Below, piece by piece: positions 11,920 through 23,330 of a stretch of 64,000 nt of DNA; the stretch's first letter is position 1, and the number at the start of each line of letters is the position of its first letter. The notes below the pieces were generated by a model. It was given only the letters and a program-made list of their open reading frames with translations, ran no database searches and was not told where the DNA came from. The stretch covers positions 2,361,589 to 2,425,588 of the forward strand of contig MU053994.1 of assembly GCA_013239625.1 (NCBI GenBank), read 5' to 3'. A program made the translations under genes and the position numbers. This DNA comes from Lama guanicoe (lineage: Eukaryota).

Positions 11920-12380
11920 TGTCTTGGTTTGGGCTATCCCAGAAGCAGCTTGCAAGTCAAGGATCTGAGTGCAGAGCAGTTTATTTGGAAGGTGAAGGAA
12001 ACGCTGATGGGTTGGGGGAAATGAGACAGGGAGAGACAGCAGGAAATAGAGGGTATGTCATCAAACAACGTACCTCTGTGGGCAACGCGGGCTTAATGCC
12101 ATTGGGGGCATCTAGAGACAACACAGATTATGCCTTGCAGTTTTCATACTCAAGGGCTGAGCACACTGGGGTGTTTATACGCCAGCTGTCTTAGGGGTGA
12201 GCATGTAAATTCCCTGTCACTGTTGCTTTCAGCTGACCCTTCAGGGCAGAGCAGACTCCAGCCCCAAGAGAAAGTCCTCAGGCAAAAGAGAGGAAGATTC
12301 TGGCGTTTGTGGGTTTGGCTGGTGTGCACTACAGGAGAAGGCCCTCAGGGATACGGGCAGGATGGGGACAATGTCCCTAC
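11920..12380 (-). mobile_element. LTR33/LTR16-like ERVL LTR
   Basis: tgtcttggtttgggctatcccagaagcag...aaggatctgagtgcagagcagtttatttggaaggtga, ending gggatacgggcagg...ccctaca. Confidence 0.6.
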
Positions 12381-13124
12381 AGCAAGCATCTGTCATACTG
12401 TCGTAGAGGAGGCTCCTGAGCGCCTCTGTCGCCAGCCAACTGTGATGTTCATCTGCCTTCCCAGGCAGCTCAACTGCTGCTCAAACACTTTGCGAGTTGA
12501 AATAGTATTAGTGGTCTCCTAGGAGTTATTTACAGATTTATTTTCTTCCTCGATTTCTTCTTATCCTCTCACTAATGGGGAAGATCCTCTGGCCCCTGAA
12601 AGCCAAAGGAGATGCTAGCCATCATTCCTGGAAAGCAGGCAGTGGGGAGGGAGCCACAGAGAATGTGAAATCTGTGATGTGGTCCGTCCCTTCCAACTGC
12701 AATTCAAGAACATCGTCCTCGTTCGTAGCAGAAGACACAGACAGGTGCCGTTGACAGTGTACAAGCCCCTCCAGAACGTGAACCCAGGGTTATGCCCTCT
12801 GCCTGGCTTGATGACTGTACTTTGACAGTGTTCTTTTCCTCTCAAGAAAGCACATTGGAAAGCAAGTGAGTGCAAGTGGTATTAGTATAGGGATAGCCTT
12901 GAATGTATTTTAATTTATTTAAGCAAATAATTTGAGATTTATGTATTTTGTTATTAATAACAGATTTTGTGGGAGGTAACTCACAGCTGATGGGGACCTA
13001 TTAATTGAGAACCGGTATTCTGTACCATCAAAAAGAAATATGTTTGCTTTTTTCTTGCATCAAGGGCAGCAAACTCTCTGGAAATGGTTTCATTTGCACA
13101 CATGGCCAACTTCCCATCCATTGA

Positions 13125-13450
13125 TCAATAAATCAATCAACAAATATTGATTGAGTGTCTACATTGGGCAGGACACCGTGGGGATTTACTGTAAATATAA
13201 ACATAGTCGCTGCCTCAGAGGAGCTCACAGCCTAATTGGGGGCAAGATCTGTATTCGTAAAAAGGCAACTTACAATGTAAAGCAGCATATAAATGCTGAA
13301 TGAGTAGTGTACACTCATTGATTGGGTTTGGGAGAAATCAAGGAAGACTTCTTGGAGGAAGGGTGATTTGACCTGGGCCTTGAAGGACAGGTAGGAGTTG
13401 CACAAAAAGAGAACAACAGAAGACATTGCAGGCAAAACAACAGTGCCAAA
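13125..13450 (-). mobile_element. L2 LINE 3' end
   Basis: tcaatcaacaaatattgattgagtgtctac...tgcctcagaggagctcacag...ggaagacttcttggaggaag. Confidence 0.7.
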
Positions 13451-13616
13451 TTAGGAAATGCCCAAGACTTGTTCAGAGATGGTGACGGGGTCTACCTGGC
13501 TACAGTGGGGCTCATAGATGGGACGGGCATTGCCCAAGCTTGTGGGACAGCTTGGAGCACTGTTGAGTCTTCCTCATTGAAAGACCACCCAGTCTTCAGT
13601 GTTGGAACTTGGTCAC

Positions 13617-14050
13617 AGCTACGGACTGAATTGTGTCTTTCTAAAATTTGTATATTGAAGCCCTTAACCCCCAGTGTGATTGTCTTTGGAGACAGGGCAC
13701 ATAAGGAGGTAATTAAGGCTAAATGAGGTCATAAAAGTGAGGTCCTAATCTGGTAGGATTGGTGGCCTTATAAAAAGAGAAAGGAAAAGAAAGGAAAATC
13801 TCTTCTTCTCCCTCCCTTTCTCCCTCTCCCCTCTCCCGCCCGGCCTCCCTCTCCCTCTCTGCCTCTCTCCCTCTGCGCATGCGCTGAGGAAAGGCCGTGG
13901 GTGGGCACAGCAAGAAGGCAGCCGTGTGCAGGCCTTCACCAGACACTGACCCTGCTGACACCTTGATCCTGGACTTCCAGCCTCCAGAACTGTGAGAAAT
14001 ACATTTCTGTTGTTTAAGCCACCCAGCCTGTGGCAGCCTGAGCTAAGGCA
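13617..14050 (+). mobile_element. MLT1A-like LTR
   Basis: ggactgaattgtgtc...aggaggtaattaaggctaaatgaggtcataa...ggacttccagcctccagaactgtgagaaatacatttctgttgtttaagccaccc. Confidence 0.85.
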
Positions 14051-14324
14051 GTCGCTTTCTGCCTGATGGAAGACAGGTGCCCCCTGGTGTGTTTGTTCAT
14101 GCTCTAGAGAGGTTCCAGCCAGGATCCGGGGAGCTGGCAAGGGTCCCAGGGCCTCCCTGACTCAACCCACTCAGCCCTGCCAAGGTGGCCCGGCCTCTGC
14201 TGCCCCCTCTGGAACCTACAAGCCTTACGCAACTACAGTCCTCTTCACATCAGGGACGTGCTGGAGGTTCAGGCTGGGTCGACCTACCCCTCACCCCACA
14301 TCCCTCCACAGGCCACGCGCGAGG

Positions 14325-14674
14325 AGGGCTACCAGATCTAGCAAATAAAATTACAGGACAGCTAATTCCATTTGAATTTCAGATAAACAACCAATGCGCT
14401 TGTTAGCCTAGGTATGTCCCATGCAATATTTGGAACATATTTAGACTCAAAAAATGATTCCTTAGGGGAGTGGGTATAGCTCAGTGGTAGAGCACATGCT
14501 TAGCATGCACAAGGTCCTGGGTTCAATCCCCAGTACCTCCATTAAAAAAAAAAGTTAAAATAAATAAACCTAATTCCCCCTCCAAAATAAAAAAAACTTT
14601 AGAACAAGCTTGAAAAATGATTCCTTGTTTATCTGAAACTCAAATATAACGTCCTTGGTTTACCTGGCAGCCCT
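14325..14674. mobile_element. MER53 palindromic hAT MITE, interrupted by a SINE
   Basis: agggctaccagatctagcaaataaaa...tttgaatttcagataaacaac...gtatgtcccatgcaatatttggaacata...ttgtttatctgaaactcaaat...ctggcagccct; arms are inverted copies. Confidence 0.85.
14465..14612 (+). mobile_element. tRNA-Ala-derived SINE (Vic-1-like)
   Basis: ggggagtgggtatagctcagtggtagagc...gggttcaatccccagtacctcca (Pol III A and B boxes); TSD aaaaatgattcctt at 14450-14463 and 14613-14626. Confidence 0.92.
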
Positions 14675-16065
14675 CTGTGGGAGGGCCTATGACAATGCGT
14701 GGCCAATCAGGAGACTCCACGCTCTGGGTCACAGAGGCCGGTTCAGAGCTGGGCATGTGACCCGAGGTCAGACCCTCCTTGCCAACACACACTGGGACTT
14801 TTGTCGGTGCCTTTGGGACTGAAAGCTCCCAAGCTGTCAGGGCGAAGGGTGTCCTGGGGGAGGCATCCCTCAGGGATCCACCTGTCTGACAACAAAGTTC
14901 CCACAGAAGGAAGCAGAGCTCAGAGAGGGGAAGGTGCGTAAAGACAGTGTTCGATTCTGTGTCAGCCCCTTGAACTTCAACTAAGATGGGAAGTGGCTTG
15001 AGCTGGGAATTCTTCACTCACAAGAGACTCAGAGTTCTGGTGAAATCTGTGGGGTAAAGTCCCTGCTGGCCCCCAGGACCCAAACCTGACTGAATTCAAA
15101 GGGAGGAGTGCTCCTGAGATATCCCCATTTAGTTGCTGAGAGAGCAGGGGTTTCTTGGCCCAGAGGGTAGTGAAAGAGCTCAGCTGGCTTCTCAGGCGCA
15201 CTAGGGCTCCTCTGTGATCTGATCGTCACCTCCGCCACGCCCATGCCCCCTTGCTTACAGCTGACAGAGGAGACCATTGCTTCCCCCGCCCCTCACAGGG
15301 TCCTTTCTGCTTCTCCTCCCCTCACATCTGGCTCTGATTTCTTTAGACCTTTTTTGCTTTCTAAGAGAGCCTCACCAGCACGTCTTTCTGTTCCCTCCTT
15401 CCCTTATCTTTCCCTTCACGCTTATTTCTGAGAATACAGCCCCTAGACTCTCTAAACCACTGAGTAGCTGTTGATTTATCCTGGACACCTCCTGGACTGC
15501 GTGAGAAATAATGGAACTGGAAGGATATTAGGGCTTATCCAACCCAACCCCCTCACCATCCCTAGCTCTTAGATGAGGAGACCGACGTTCACAGTGGTTG
15601 GATCACCAAAGGCGTCATCGTAAGATACAGGGAAGTCATAGAGTGAGAGGAAAGCCATATGCTTTAGGAGAAAGGTCCCTGGATTTGGCTTCAGAAAGCC
15701 TCTATGTTCATTTGGGAGCTGTCACAAATTATTTAACCTCTTCGTGTCCATCTCTCCTGCTTAAGAATGAGCTTAAAAACCAGCCGCGTTTACCTCGTGA
15801 CTTCTGAGGCCGACAGAATTACAAAATGCCAAATGAATGTGCTGGACAAAGGCTGCACGATATTAATGTTGTCAGTGTTACTGTGTTAACTAGGCTAATC
15901 CTCCGGTGAAGGAAATGAGCACACATCACAAAATTCATTATAGATGTTTTTTTAAAATGACTGTTTATAGTGAAAGGAAGGCCTCGTATTTGCCGCACAA
16001 TTTCAGGATAAGTCATGTTTTGGAAAAATATTAATATTCAGAGCTGTGTTGATTAGCTTCACTAA

Positions 16066-16080
16066 TGTTGCTAAGCAACA
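16066..16080. promoter_or_regulatory. Candidate RFX X-box
   Basis: Perfect inverted repeat TGTTGCT-A-AGCAACA fitting GTNRC(N0-3)RGYAAC, in non-repetitive sequence. Confidence 0.5.
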
Positions 16081-16669
16081 GGGTCCTTTGTAGCCTCTGC
16101 CGTGTTGGGATTTTTCTAGGGGTGGGGGCGGGGAAGGAGAAGGGGAAGAGGGGATTGGAGGGAGGAAACTACATTACACTAAATTATTCCGCTGGTTCAG
16201 CCAATTCTGAAGTTGCTTCAAAAAAAAACCAAAAAACAAAACAAAAAAAAAACCCCAACTCTTTTAACAACCTACGTGATTATAGTTGTTGGATGAGGAA
16301 AACCAGAACGCGACCCAGAGCTCACCACTCACCCATGACTTGAGTTTCAGGTTTGGCAAGACTTGTGTTTACGAGATCAGGGCTGAACCGCACATGGCCC
16401 AGGGCTTACCACCACTGATGTTCACCTCGGTTCAGCAAGGGCAGCCTGCCAGCACGGAAAGGAGGGGGTCGTGAGGCTGTGAGGAGGGACTGCCCTGTAT
16501 CCAGGGATCCGAGCTCATTCAAGAGCTGCCGTAGTCTTTCCGTCAAATCCTGACGCTTGAACGGGAACCATCCTGGAGCAAGCCAAAGAGTGTGTTTCCT
16601 CGACCGAAAAATGGAGGCTCATGAATATTTGAAATGCATAGAAAACTCAGGATAGGATACATAGAAGGA

Positions 16670-16880
16670 CCCTACAGAGCACCTACTGTGTGCTAGCCTT
16701 TGCAGGGTTAACTCATCAAATTCCGACAGCAACGCTAGGAAGGGTATTTGTAATGTCCCCATTTGGGGGACCGAGGTTCAGAGAGATTAAGCAACCTGCC
16801 CCAGGTCATGCCAGTTGGCACGGGGTAGAATAAGGATTTAAACGCAAGGCTTTCTGTGTCTGAGCACCATGTACCCACTT
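16670..16880 (-). mobile_element. MIR SINE
   Basis: gagcacctactgtgtgct...gaggttcagagagattaagcaacctgccccaggtca. Confidence 0.75.
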
Positions 16881-17044
16881 GACTCGGTTGCCTGCTCCTT
16901 ACCCAGCGAGGTGGGGCTGGCAAGGGCCTGGAGAGAAAATCTTGGGGCTTTGCATGCAGTTGGCTGCTGGTGGCTTCTGTTAGGTTGAAGCCCACTCAGT
17001 GAGTTTCTGATTTCATCACAGATCACTTTATATGCGTTATTGTT

Positions 17045-17520
17045 CTGTCATGATTGCTGCATTCATTAATCACCCCAAACTTAGTGTCATAAAACAACAC
17101 CCATTTGATTATGCTCATGGATCTGTGCCCCAGGGCAGGGCGAGCTGGGCGATTCCTTTGTTCCTACTGGCATCTACTGAAACCACCCTGTGGCGGGTGG
17201 GCTGGATCTAGAGAGTTCTAGATGGCTTCATTCACATACCTGGTGCTGCAATGGGGACAAGCCATTGCCCGGAGCATCTCCGCCACATGACAGTCTCAGG
17301 GTGATTGGACATCTTACATGGTGGCTGGTTCACCCACAGCAGCTGTCCCAAGAGATGCGGGTGGACGCTGCATGGCCCTTTCTGACCTAGCTCAGAAGTC
17401 ACTCAGTGTCACAAGTGCCATAATCTATTGGTTGAAGCCATTACAAGCCCATTCAGATGCCCAAATCTTGATGAGAGGGATATCAAAGAATTTGGGGGCT
17501 CTGTTTTAAAATGGCCCCAG
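17045..17520 (-). mobile_element. MLT1 (H-like) LTR
   Basis: caccccaaacttagtgtcataaaacaac...gatggcttcattcacatacctgg...ctttctgacctagctcagaagtc. Confidence 0.65.
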
Positions 17521-18039
17521 GTACCAAGTTCCTCATTCCAGTGAGAAATGGAGACTCAAAAAACTTTGCATGCTCTGAAAATTGTGCAAATGTATGAGCA
17601 AAGGAAATTTTGATACTCGGTACTGCAAGTCTCCCTTGCACTGATGCATTTAGTGGGTGGCCAGCTTAATAAAAGGTAGGCTTAATAAGAGCTTTTGTTA
17701 GTTTGTTTTGAATTTTACATTCAGAGGTAGTCATCAGCTCAAGAGCCTATCTGGCTGACCAGTGAAGTCTCATTTGTAAGTAGTGATCCATTTGCATACA
17801 ATGTGTTTGTGACTTTTGAAAACCTTCATTCCTCTCTGATCACAGTTGAAATATTGGTTTGGTTAGGGAAGCCTTCTCTTGTAGAAATCAAGTGAGATAA
17901 TGATGTAGTTGAAAGATATTTTGGATATTTTAATGAGCTTCGCAATCCTATGCTGTCCTATCTCTCACTCTCTGATGCTCTGTATGAGGCACTATGTGGG
18001 AGTCTTTTTCTAAATTGAAATTTTGAGATGCACAAGACC

Positions 18040-18552
18040 TTCCTCGGCAGAGACTATTCTCCAGTACACTGCCTCTCCATCTGGCAGTGATCAAACCCTG
18101 ATTTTCAGCTAGGCACGTGGCCACCTAGAAGAAAAAGTACATTTCCCAGCCTCCTTTTCAGGTAGGTATGACCATATGATTAAAATCAGGCAACTGGGAT
18201 ATGAGTAGAAGTATCAGGTGGCTGCTTCCAGGAAACTTCCTGAAGAGATAGCTGATATTTGACCATTTCTCCTTTTATTCTTCATCTCTTACTGCTTGGA
18301 ATGTTGATGTAATGACTGGAGCTCTGGCTGCCATCATGGACCATGAGGACAAGGGCTTCACCTTAGGAATGGTGGAATGGTAAACAGGAAGGAGCTCGGA
18401 TTCCCGAGGTCTTCTTAGAAGAGCAGCCATTCCCGTGCTGAACTGCCTACCTCTGGACTTGTGCAAATGAGAAAGAAACTTCTATCACATTTAAGCCATT
18501 GCAGTTTTGAGTCTCTGTTGCTTTTAGCCAAAACTAATCCTAATCGGTATAG
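18040..18552 (+). mobile_element. MLT1J-like LTR
   Basis: tacatttcccagcctcc...gactggagctctggctgccatcatggaccatgagg...atttaagccattgc...aaactaatcctaa. Confidence 0.7.
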
Positions 18553-20054
18553 TATCTTTCCCTAAGGAGCAGCTCACGATCTACTGAGAAGACATATTTA
18601 TAATCAAAGCAGGATGAAATAAGTGGTTTAATCACAGTGTCTTACTTTATAAATCCAAAACGGGGCCTTTTGACCTAAATATAGGATTATGGGGTCACTT
18701 CCAATTCTGAGAAATAATCTAAGAAATGCAGTTTTGATGTTGAAATCCTGGAATTTCTAGGACATTTACATGGTTTAAGGAGACAATGTGACAACATTTT
18801 TGAATTTAGGGCTACCCCAGAGACTAGAGGACAATGGTCGCTATATAGCAATGCCAGAGCTAAAAGGACATGCTGTGTGAGCCCTGAGAAAAGAGCCAGG
18901 GTTTCTGATGAGGAAACCCTCCTCAGATCTAAAGAAGAGGTAGACATTTGAACTTGGCCTTGAATTGGGGATGGCATTCTAAGCAGAGAGATGAGCAAGA
19001 ACAAAGGCCAGATGGTGTGGAAATGGATAGAGAGCTTGTAGAAGGGGCCACGTGGCTGGGTGGGAGACCAAGCTGGGGAGACCTCTTCGGTGGGGAGGAC
19101 CAGGCTTTTTTGCCCAGCTTCCTGTGCAGGCCTCGGGCAGCTGCGTGGATCTGGGACTTCTAGTGTACCATGTGTGTCAGGGGTCTGAGTAGCCAGTCTC
19201 TGGTGAGGGTTTGAACTTTGGCCTCGTGCAGCTTTTCTTTTTTTTGCATTGAAGTCTAGTCAGTTTACAATGTTGTGTCAATTTCTGACCTCATGCGGGT
19301 TTTGTTGTTTTGAGTTAATTTTTGTACATGGTATGATATAAGGGTCCAACTCCATTCTTTTGCGGGTAGATAGCCAATTGTCTTCGCCCACTTTTCGTCC
19401 CCGTTTTCCACTCCCTGGATCAGACATCGAGGCCCTTGATTCATGGGCCAAGCAAGCCCCACAGATTTTAAGTGAACAAATAACAAACATGAGCAGAGGC
19501 CAGGCCATACTCGTGGCACTGTTGTTCATTTATTTTGGATATGGGCAGATTAATTTTAAATGTTGATGATCTCACCCGGCACATTCTGATAAAGACCCTG
19601 CTGAGTGTTGTGCCACAGGAAGGAGTTCCTGGAAGCCCGGGCCTCCCTTTAAGTGGCTCTCCCCAGAAATCTTTTCTTTGGAGTTGCTGAAGTTTAGCAG
19701 GTATGTGGATTAGCCGTGAAGATTAGCACTGCCCTGCTGAGAGGATGGCTGACTGCCCAGAGCCTCGGTCCACAAAGCCCGTGTTAATAATCTGATGTGG
19801 GATGAGGGCAGGGGACATCATAATGAGATTCTTAATAAAACCCAGTTTTCAAAGTCTGAGGTTTTTTTCCCCCCAGCTTTTAAATAACAATAAATAAAAT
19901 ATTCCCATGTGTTAAGATTTCTGGGGAGTTGATGCACCAAAATTGGGCTTTCCAAACTCCCTCCTTTCAGGGAAATTTAAAGGGCAAATAGTCAGGATAA
20001 GGAGTGAGTAAAGACAAGCAGACTGTGCCTTGAAATGTTGGTGTGATGACTCCA

Positions 20055-20795
20055 GATTTAGGTCTCTGATCCATTTTTAGGTAATTTTGGTGTATGGTCT
20101 GAAGTAGGAACACAAATTCATGCTTTTGCATCTGGATATCCAGTTGTCCCAGCACCACTTGCTGGAGAGACTATTCTTTCCTCATTAAGTGGTCTTGGTA
20201 CCTTTGTCAAAACTCAGTTGACCATAGAAGCCTGGGTTTATTTCTAGACTCTCAATTCTATTCTATTGATCTATATGTCTGTCCTTAAAATGGGGTGGTA
20301 CCCTACTATTTTGATTGCAGTAGCTTTGTAGTAAGTTTTGAAATTGGGAAGTATGAGTACCCCAACTTTGTTCTCTTGCACAATCATTTGGACTATTTGG
20401 AGTGCCTTGCAAGTCCATATGAATTTTAGGATCTACCTTTTTGTTTTTGAAGAAAAGGCCACTGGGATTTTGATAAAGATTGTATTGAATCTGTAGATTG
20501 CTTTGGAGAGTATTGCAATTTTAACAGTATTAAGTCTTCTCATCCATGAACATGGGATACCTTTCCATTTATTTAGGTGTTCTTTAATTTCTTTCAGCAA
20601 TAATTTACAGTTGTCAGTATACAAGTCTTGTACCACCTTGATTAAACCTATTTCTAAGAATTTTTTTCTTTTTACGCTGTTGTAAATGGAACTGTTTTCT
20701 TAATTTTGTGTTTCAATTGTTCATTGCTTGTGTACAGAAATACAACTGATTTTTGTGTCATGATCTTGTATCCTGCAGCTTTCCTGAACTCATAT
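20055..20795 (-). mobile_element. Old L1 ORF2 fragment
   Basis: ORF 20433..20636 (LLKEIKEHLNKWKGIPCSWMRRLNTVKIAILSKAIYRFNTIFIKIP) and 20672..20887 (AGYKIMTQKSVVFLYTSN) are L1 ORF2 motifs, frameshifted. Confidence 0.9.
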
Positions 20796-20799
20796 GAGT

Positions 20800-21310
20800 T
20801 AAAGGACTTGAAAATTATAGAAAAGCCCAATTCAACCTGGCTTGAACCATAAGAGAGATTTATTGGCTCACATGGTTGAGAAGGCATGATTAAATTGAGG
20901 CTCTGGCTTCATTCCTCTGTACTTCTCTCAGTTTTATCCTTTTCTGGGAATTGTTTCTGTGCTGAGGTTGTCCTCCCTCGTGGTTGCAAGATGGCTGTTA
21001 ACAGAAACTGGGTCTGCATGCTTCCTCATTCACATCCAGCAAAAGAAAAAAAAAGCATTTTCTTCCCTCAAAAGTCCTGAGTGTCTCTTTGATATGATCA
21101 TCACTCCCTGTGACTAGAGAAATAGAATTGCTCTCATTGGCTTAGACCATGGAGGTAGGGATGGGTTCAGCCCACCCAAACTGCGTGGTTGCTACACAAT
21201 GCAGGGATGGAGGAGGGTGGTTACTAAACAAAGGGAGATGGTTCTTAGAGGGAAATGTCAGGGCTGTTAGGAAAGGGAAAGACAGTGTCTGCCAAACCTA
21301 TGAAATGTGT
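20800..21310 (-). mobile_element. MLT1K-like LTR
   Basis: gagatttattggctcacatgg...cgtggttgcaagatggctg...ctctcattggcttag; degenerate. Confidence 0.5.
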
Positions 21311-21658
21311 ACAGTGCCAGGGAGCATTCAAGGACTGTTTGCTGAATGAATGAATGACTGAGAAGCTCCACTCGTCCTTTTACTGATACACAGTTCCCTG
21401 GGGCTATGGCAGCCTCCATTCTGGTGATGGCCAACCTTTCAATCTCTGCAAATCCCCTACTGAGATCCCAGGCTCTTCTATGGGGACAAGAGAGTTCTTT
21501 CTACAGGCTCCATTACTTCCCTGATTTCCGAGTAGCAAGACCCTGGTAGGCTAGACCTGGAGAACTGAGAACACCGGGAAATCCGCATATTCAAAATGAG
21601 CGGGGTGGGCTTTGTGAGTTTGTAGTGTGACTCTTCTGTAACTAATACCAGGCTTCAT

Positions 21659-22731
21659 TGCAGCAGAGGTATTTTCCAAAGATAACCACAACCATAGCTC
21701 CTGTCCCACATGCATTTCTAGATCCTTGCCACTCCTGCATCAGTAAGTGGAGTCTATAACCCTTATCCTTGAACCTGGGTGGGCCTTTGTTACTGTTTTG
21801 ATTTATAGAGTGTGGAAGGAGTGATGCTCTGTGACTTCTGAGGCGAGCTCATAAGAATGTACAGTCCTCTTGCCTTACTCTCTTGGGACACTTGCTCTGG
21901 GAACCCAGCTACCATGCCATGAGGAAGTTCAAGCTACATGTGGAGAGGAACCAAGATTGATAGCCCACAGCCCCAGCTGAGCTTCCATGAAGCACCCAAT
22001 ACCAACTTGCCAGTCATGTGAGAGAGCCATCTTGAAAGTCAATCCTTGTGGTAGGGAAAATCTAAGATGGCACCCAATGATGGTATTCTTGACCTTGTGT
22101 CATCTCCTCCTCTTTATGGAGACTAGACTCAGTACCTAGCTTCTAACAAATGGAGTACAGCAGAGGTAATAAGATGACACTCCCAAGGTTGTTATGCAAA
22201 GACTGTGGCTTCTGTCTCATACACTCCCACACACACTCTCTCTTGCATTTCTTGCCCTGGGGCAAGCCAGCTCCCATGTTGTGAGGCAGCCCTGTAGAGA
22301 GGCCCAGGCGGTGAGAGAGTAAGACCTGCCATCAACCACGTGAGTGAGCTTGGAAGCAGATTCCCCACCAGCCAGGCCTTTGGAAGGGAACCCAAATGCA
22401 GCCAGCAGCCTGACTGCAATCAGGTGATGCACATGGAACTGGAGACACCCAGTTAAACTTCACCCAGATTTTAGACCCACAGAAACTGTGTGAGATTATA
22501 CATTTTTATTTTAAGCTACTAAATGTTGGGGTAAATTGTTAGGCAGCAAGAGGTAACTAATACAATCTTCTAGTCCCCAGTCAAGTCAGTCCAGCTGATG
22601 CTGCATGGAGCAGGGACAAGGTATCCCCACCCAGCCCTGCCCAAATTACACGATTGTGAGTAAAATAAGTGACTGCTGGGTTTTTAACCCATTAGGTTTT
22701 GGAGTGGTTTGCTATGTGACTATGGTTAACT
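21659..22731 (+). mobile_element. MLT1G/H-like LTR (outer element of a nest)
   Basis: attttccaaagataaccac start; ggaacccagctaccatgccatgaggaag; resumes after 22569 and ends ttttggagtggtttgctatg...taact. Confidence 0.75.
22047..22564 (+). mobile_element. MLT1E/F-like LTR nested in the previous LTR
   Basis: tgtggtagggaaaatctaagatggc...gcagcaagaggtaactaataca; TSD atcct (22042-22046) / atctt (22565-22569). Confidence 0.8.
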
Positions 22732-22746
22732 TTTTCTCATTGAGAG

Positions 22747-22885
22747 GTTTTTTAAAATTTTTTAAAACTTTTTTTTTTAGGAGAGAGGTAATTAAGTTTG
22801 TTTGTTTAGATGGAGGTACTGGGGATTGAACCCAGGACCTCATGCACGCTAGGCATGCGCTCTACCACTGAGCTATACCCTCCCC
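22747..22885 (-). mobile_element. tRNA-Ala-derived SINE (Vic-1-like)
   Basis: ggaggtactggggattgaacccaggacctcatgcacgctaggcatgcgctctaccactgagctataccctcccc; TSD tcattgagag at 22737-22746 and 22889-22898. Confidence 0.9.
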
Positions 22886-22962
22886 TCTTCATTGAGAGCT
22901 ATATGACAGGTACTAGGGAAACAAAGCAAACCAGGCCTAAAGATTCATCTGCTGTAGCCTAG

Positions 22963-23330
22963 TGTATCCATCTGCTTAGGCTGCCATAACAAGGACCACA
23001 GACTGGGTAGCTTAAACGATAGAAATGTATTGTCTCAGTTCTGGAAGCTAGAAGTCCAAGTTCAAGGTGTCAGCAGGGCTGGTTTCTCCGAAGGCTTCTC
23101 TCCTTGGCTTGCAGACGGCTGCCTTCTCCATGAGTCTTCACATACCTGTGCATCTAAATTTCCTCTTCTTTTTAAGGACACCAGTCTGATTGGATTAGGG
23201 CCCGCTCTAACGGCTTCATTTAAATTTAATCATCCTTTAAAGACTTGTCTCCAAATACAGTGTCATTCTCAGTCTGTAGGGGTTAGGGCTTCAACTTGGG
23301 AATTTGGGGAGGGCACAATTCAGCCCATAA
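22963..23330 (-). mobile_element. MLT1B/C-like LTR
   Basis: agggctgccataacaaggaccacagactgggtagcttaaac...ctggaagctagaagtccaag...gggcacaattcagcccataa. Confidence 0.85.

Noticed and set aside
14465..14542. tRNA-Ala(AGC) gene
   Set aside because: tRNA-like head has acceptor and anticodon stem mismatches, is followed by a SINE tail and poly(A), and is flanked by TSDs; the same applies to the other five copies.
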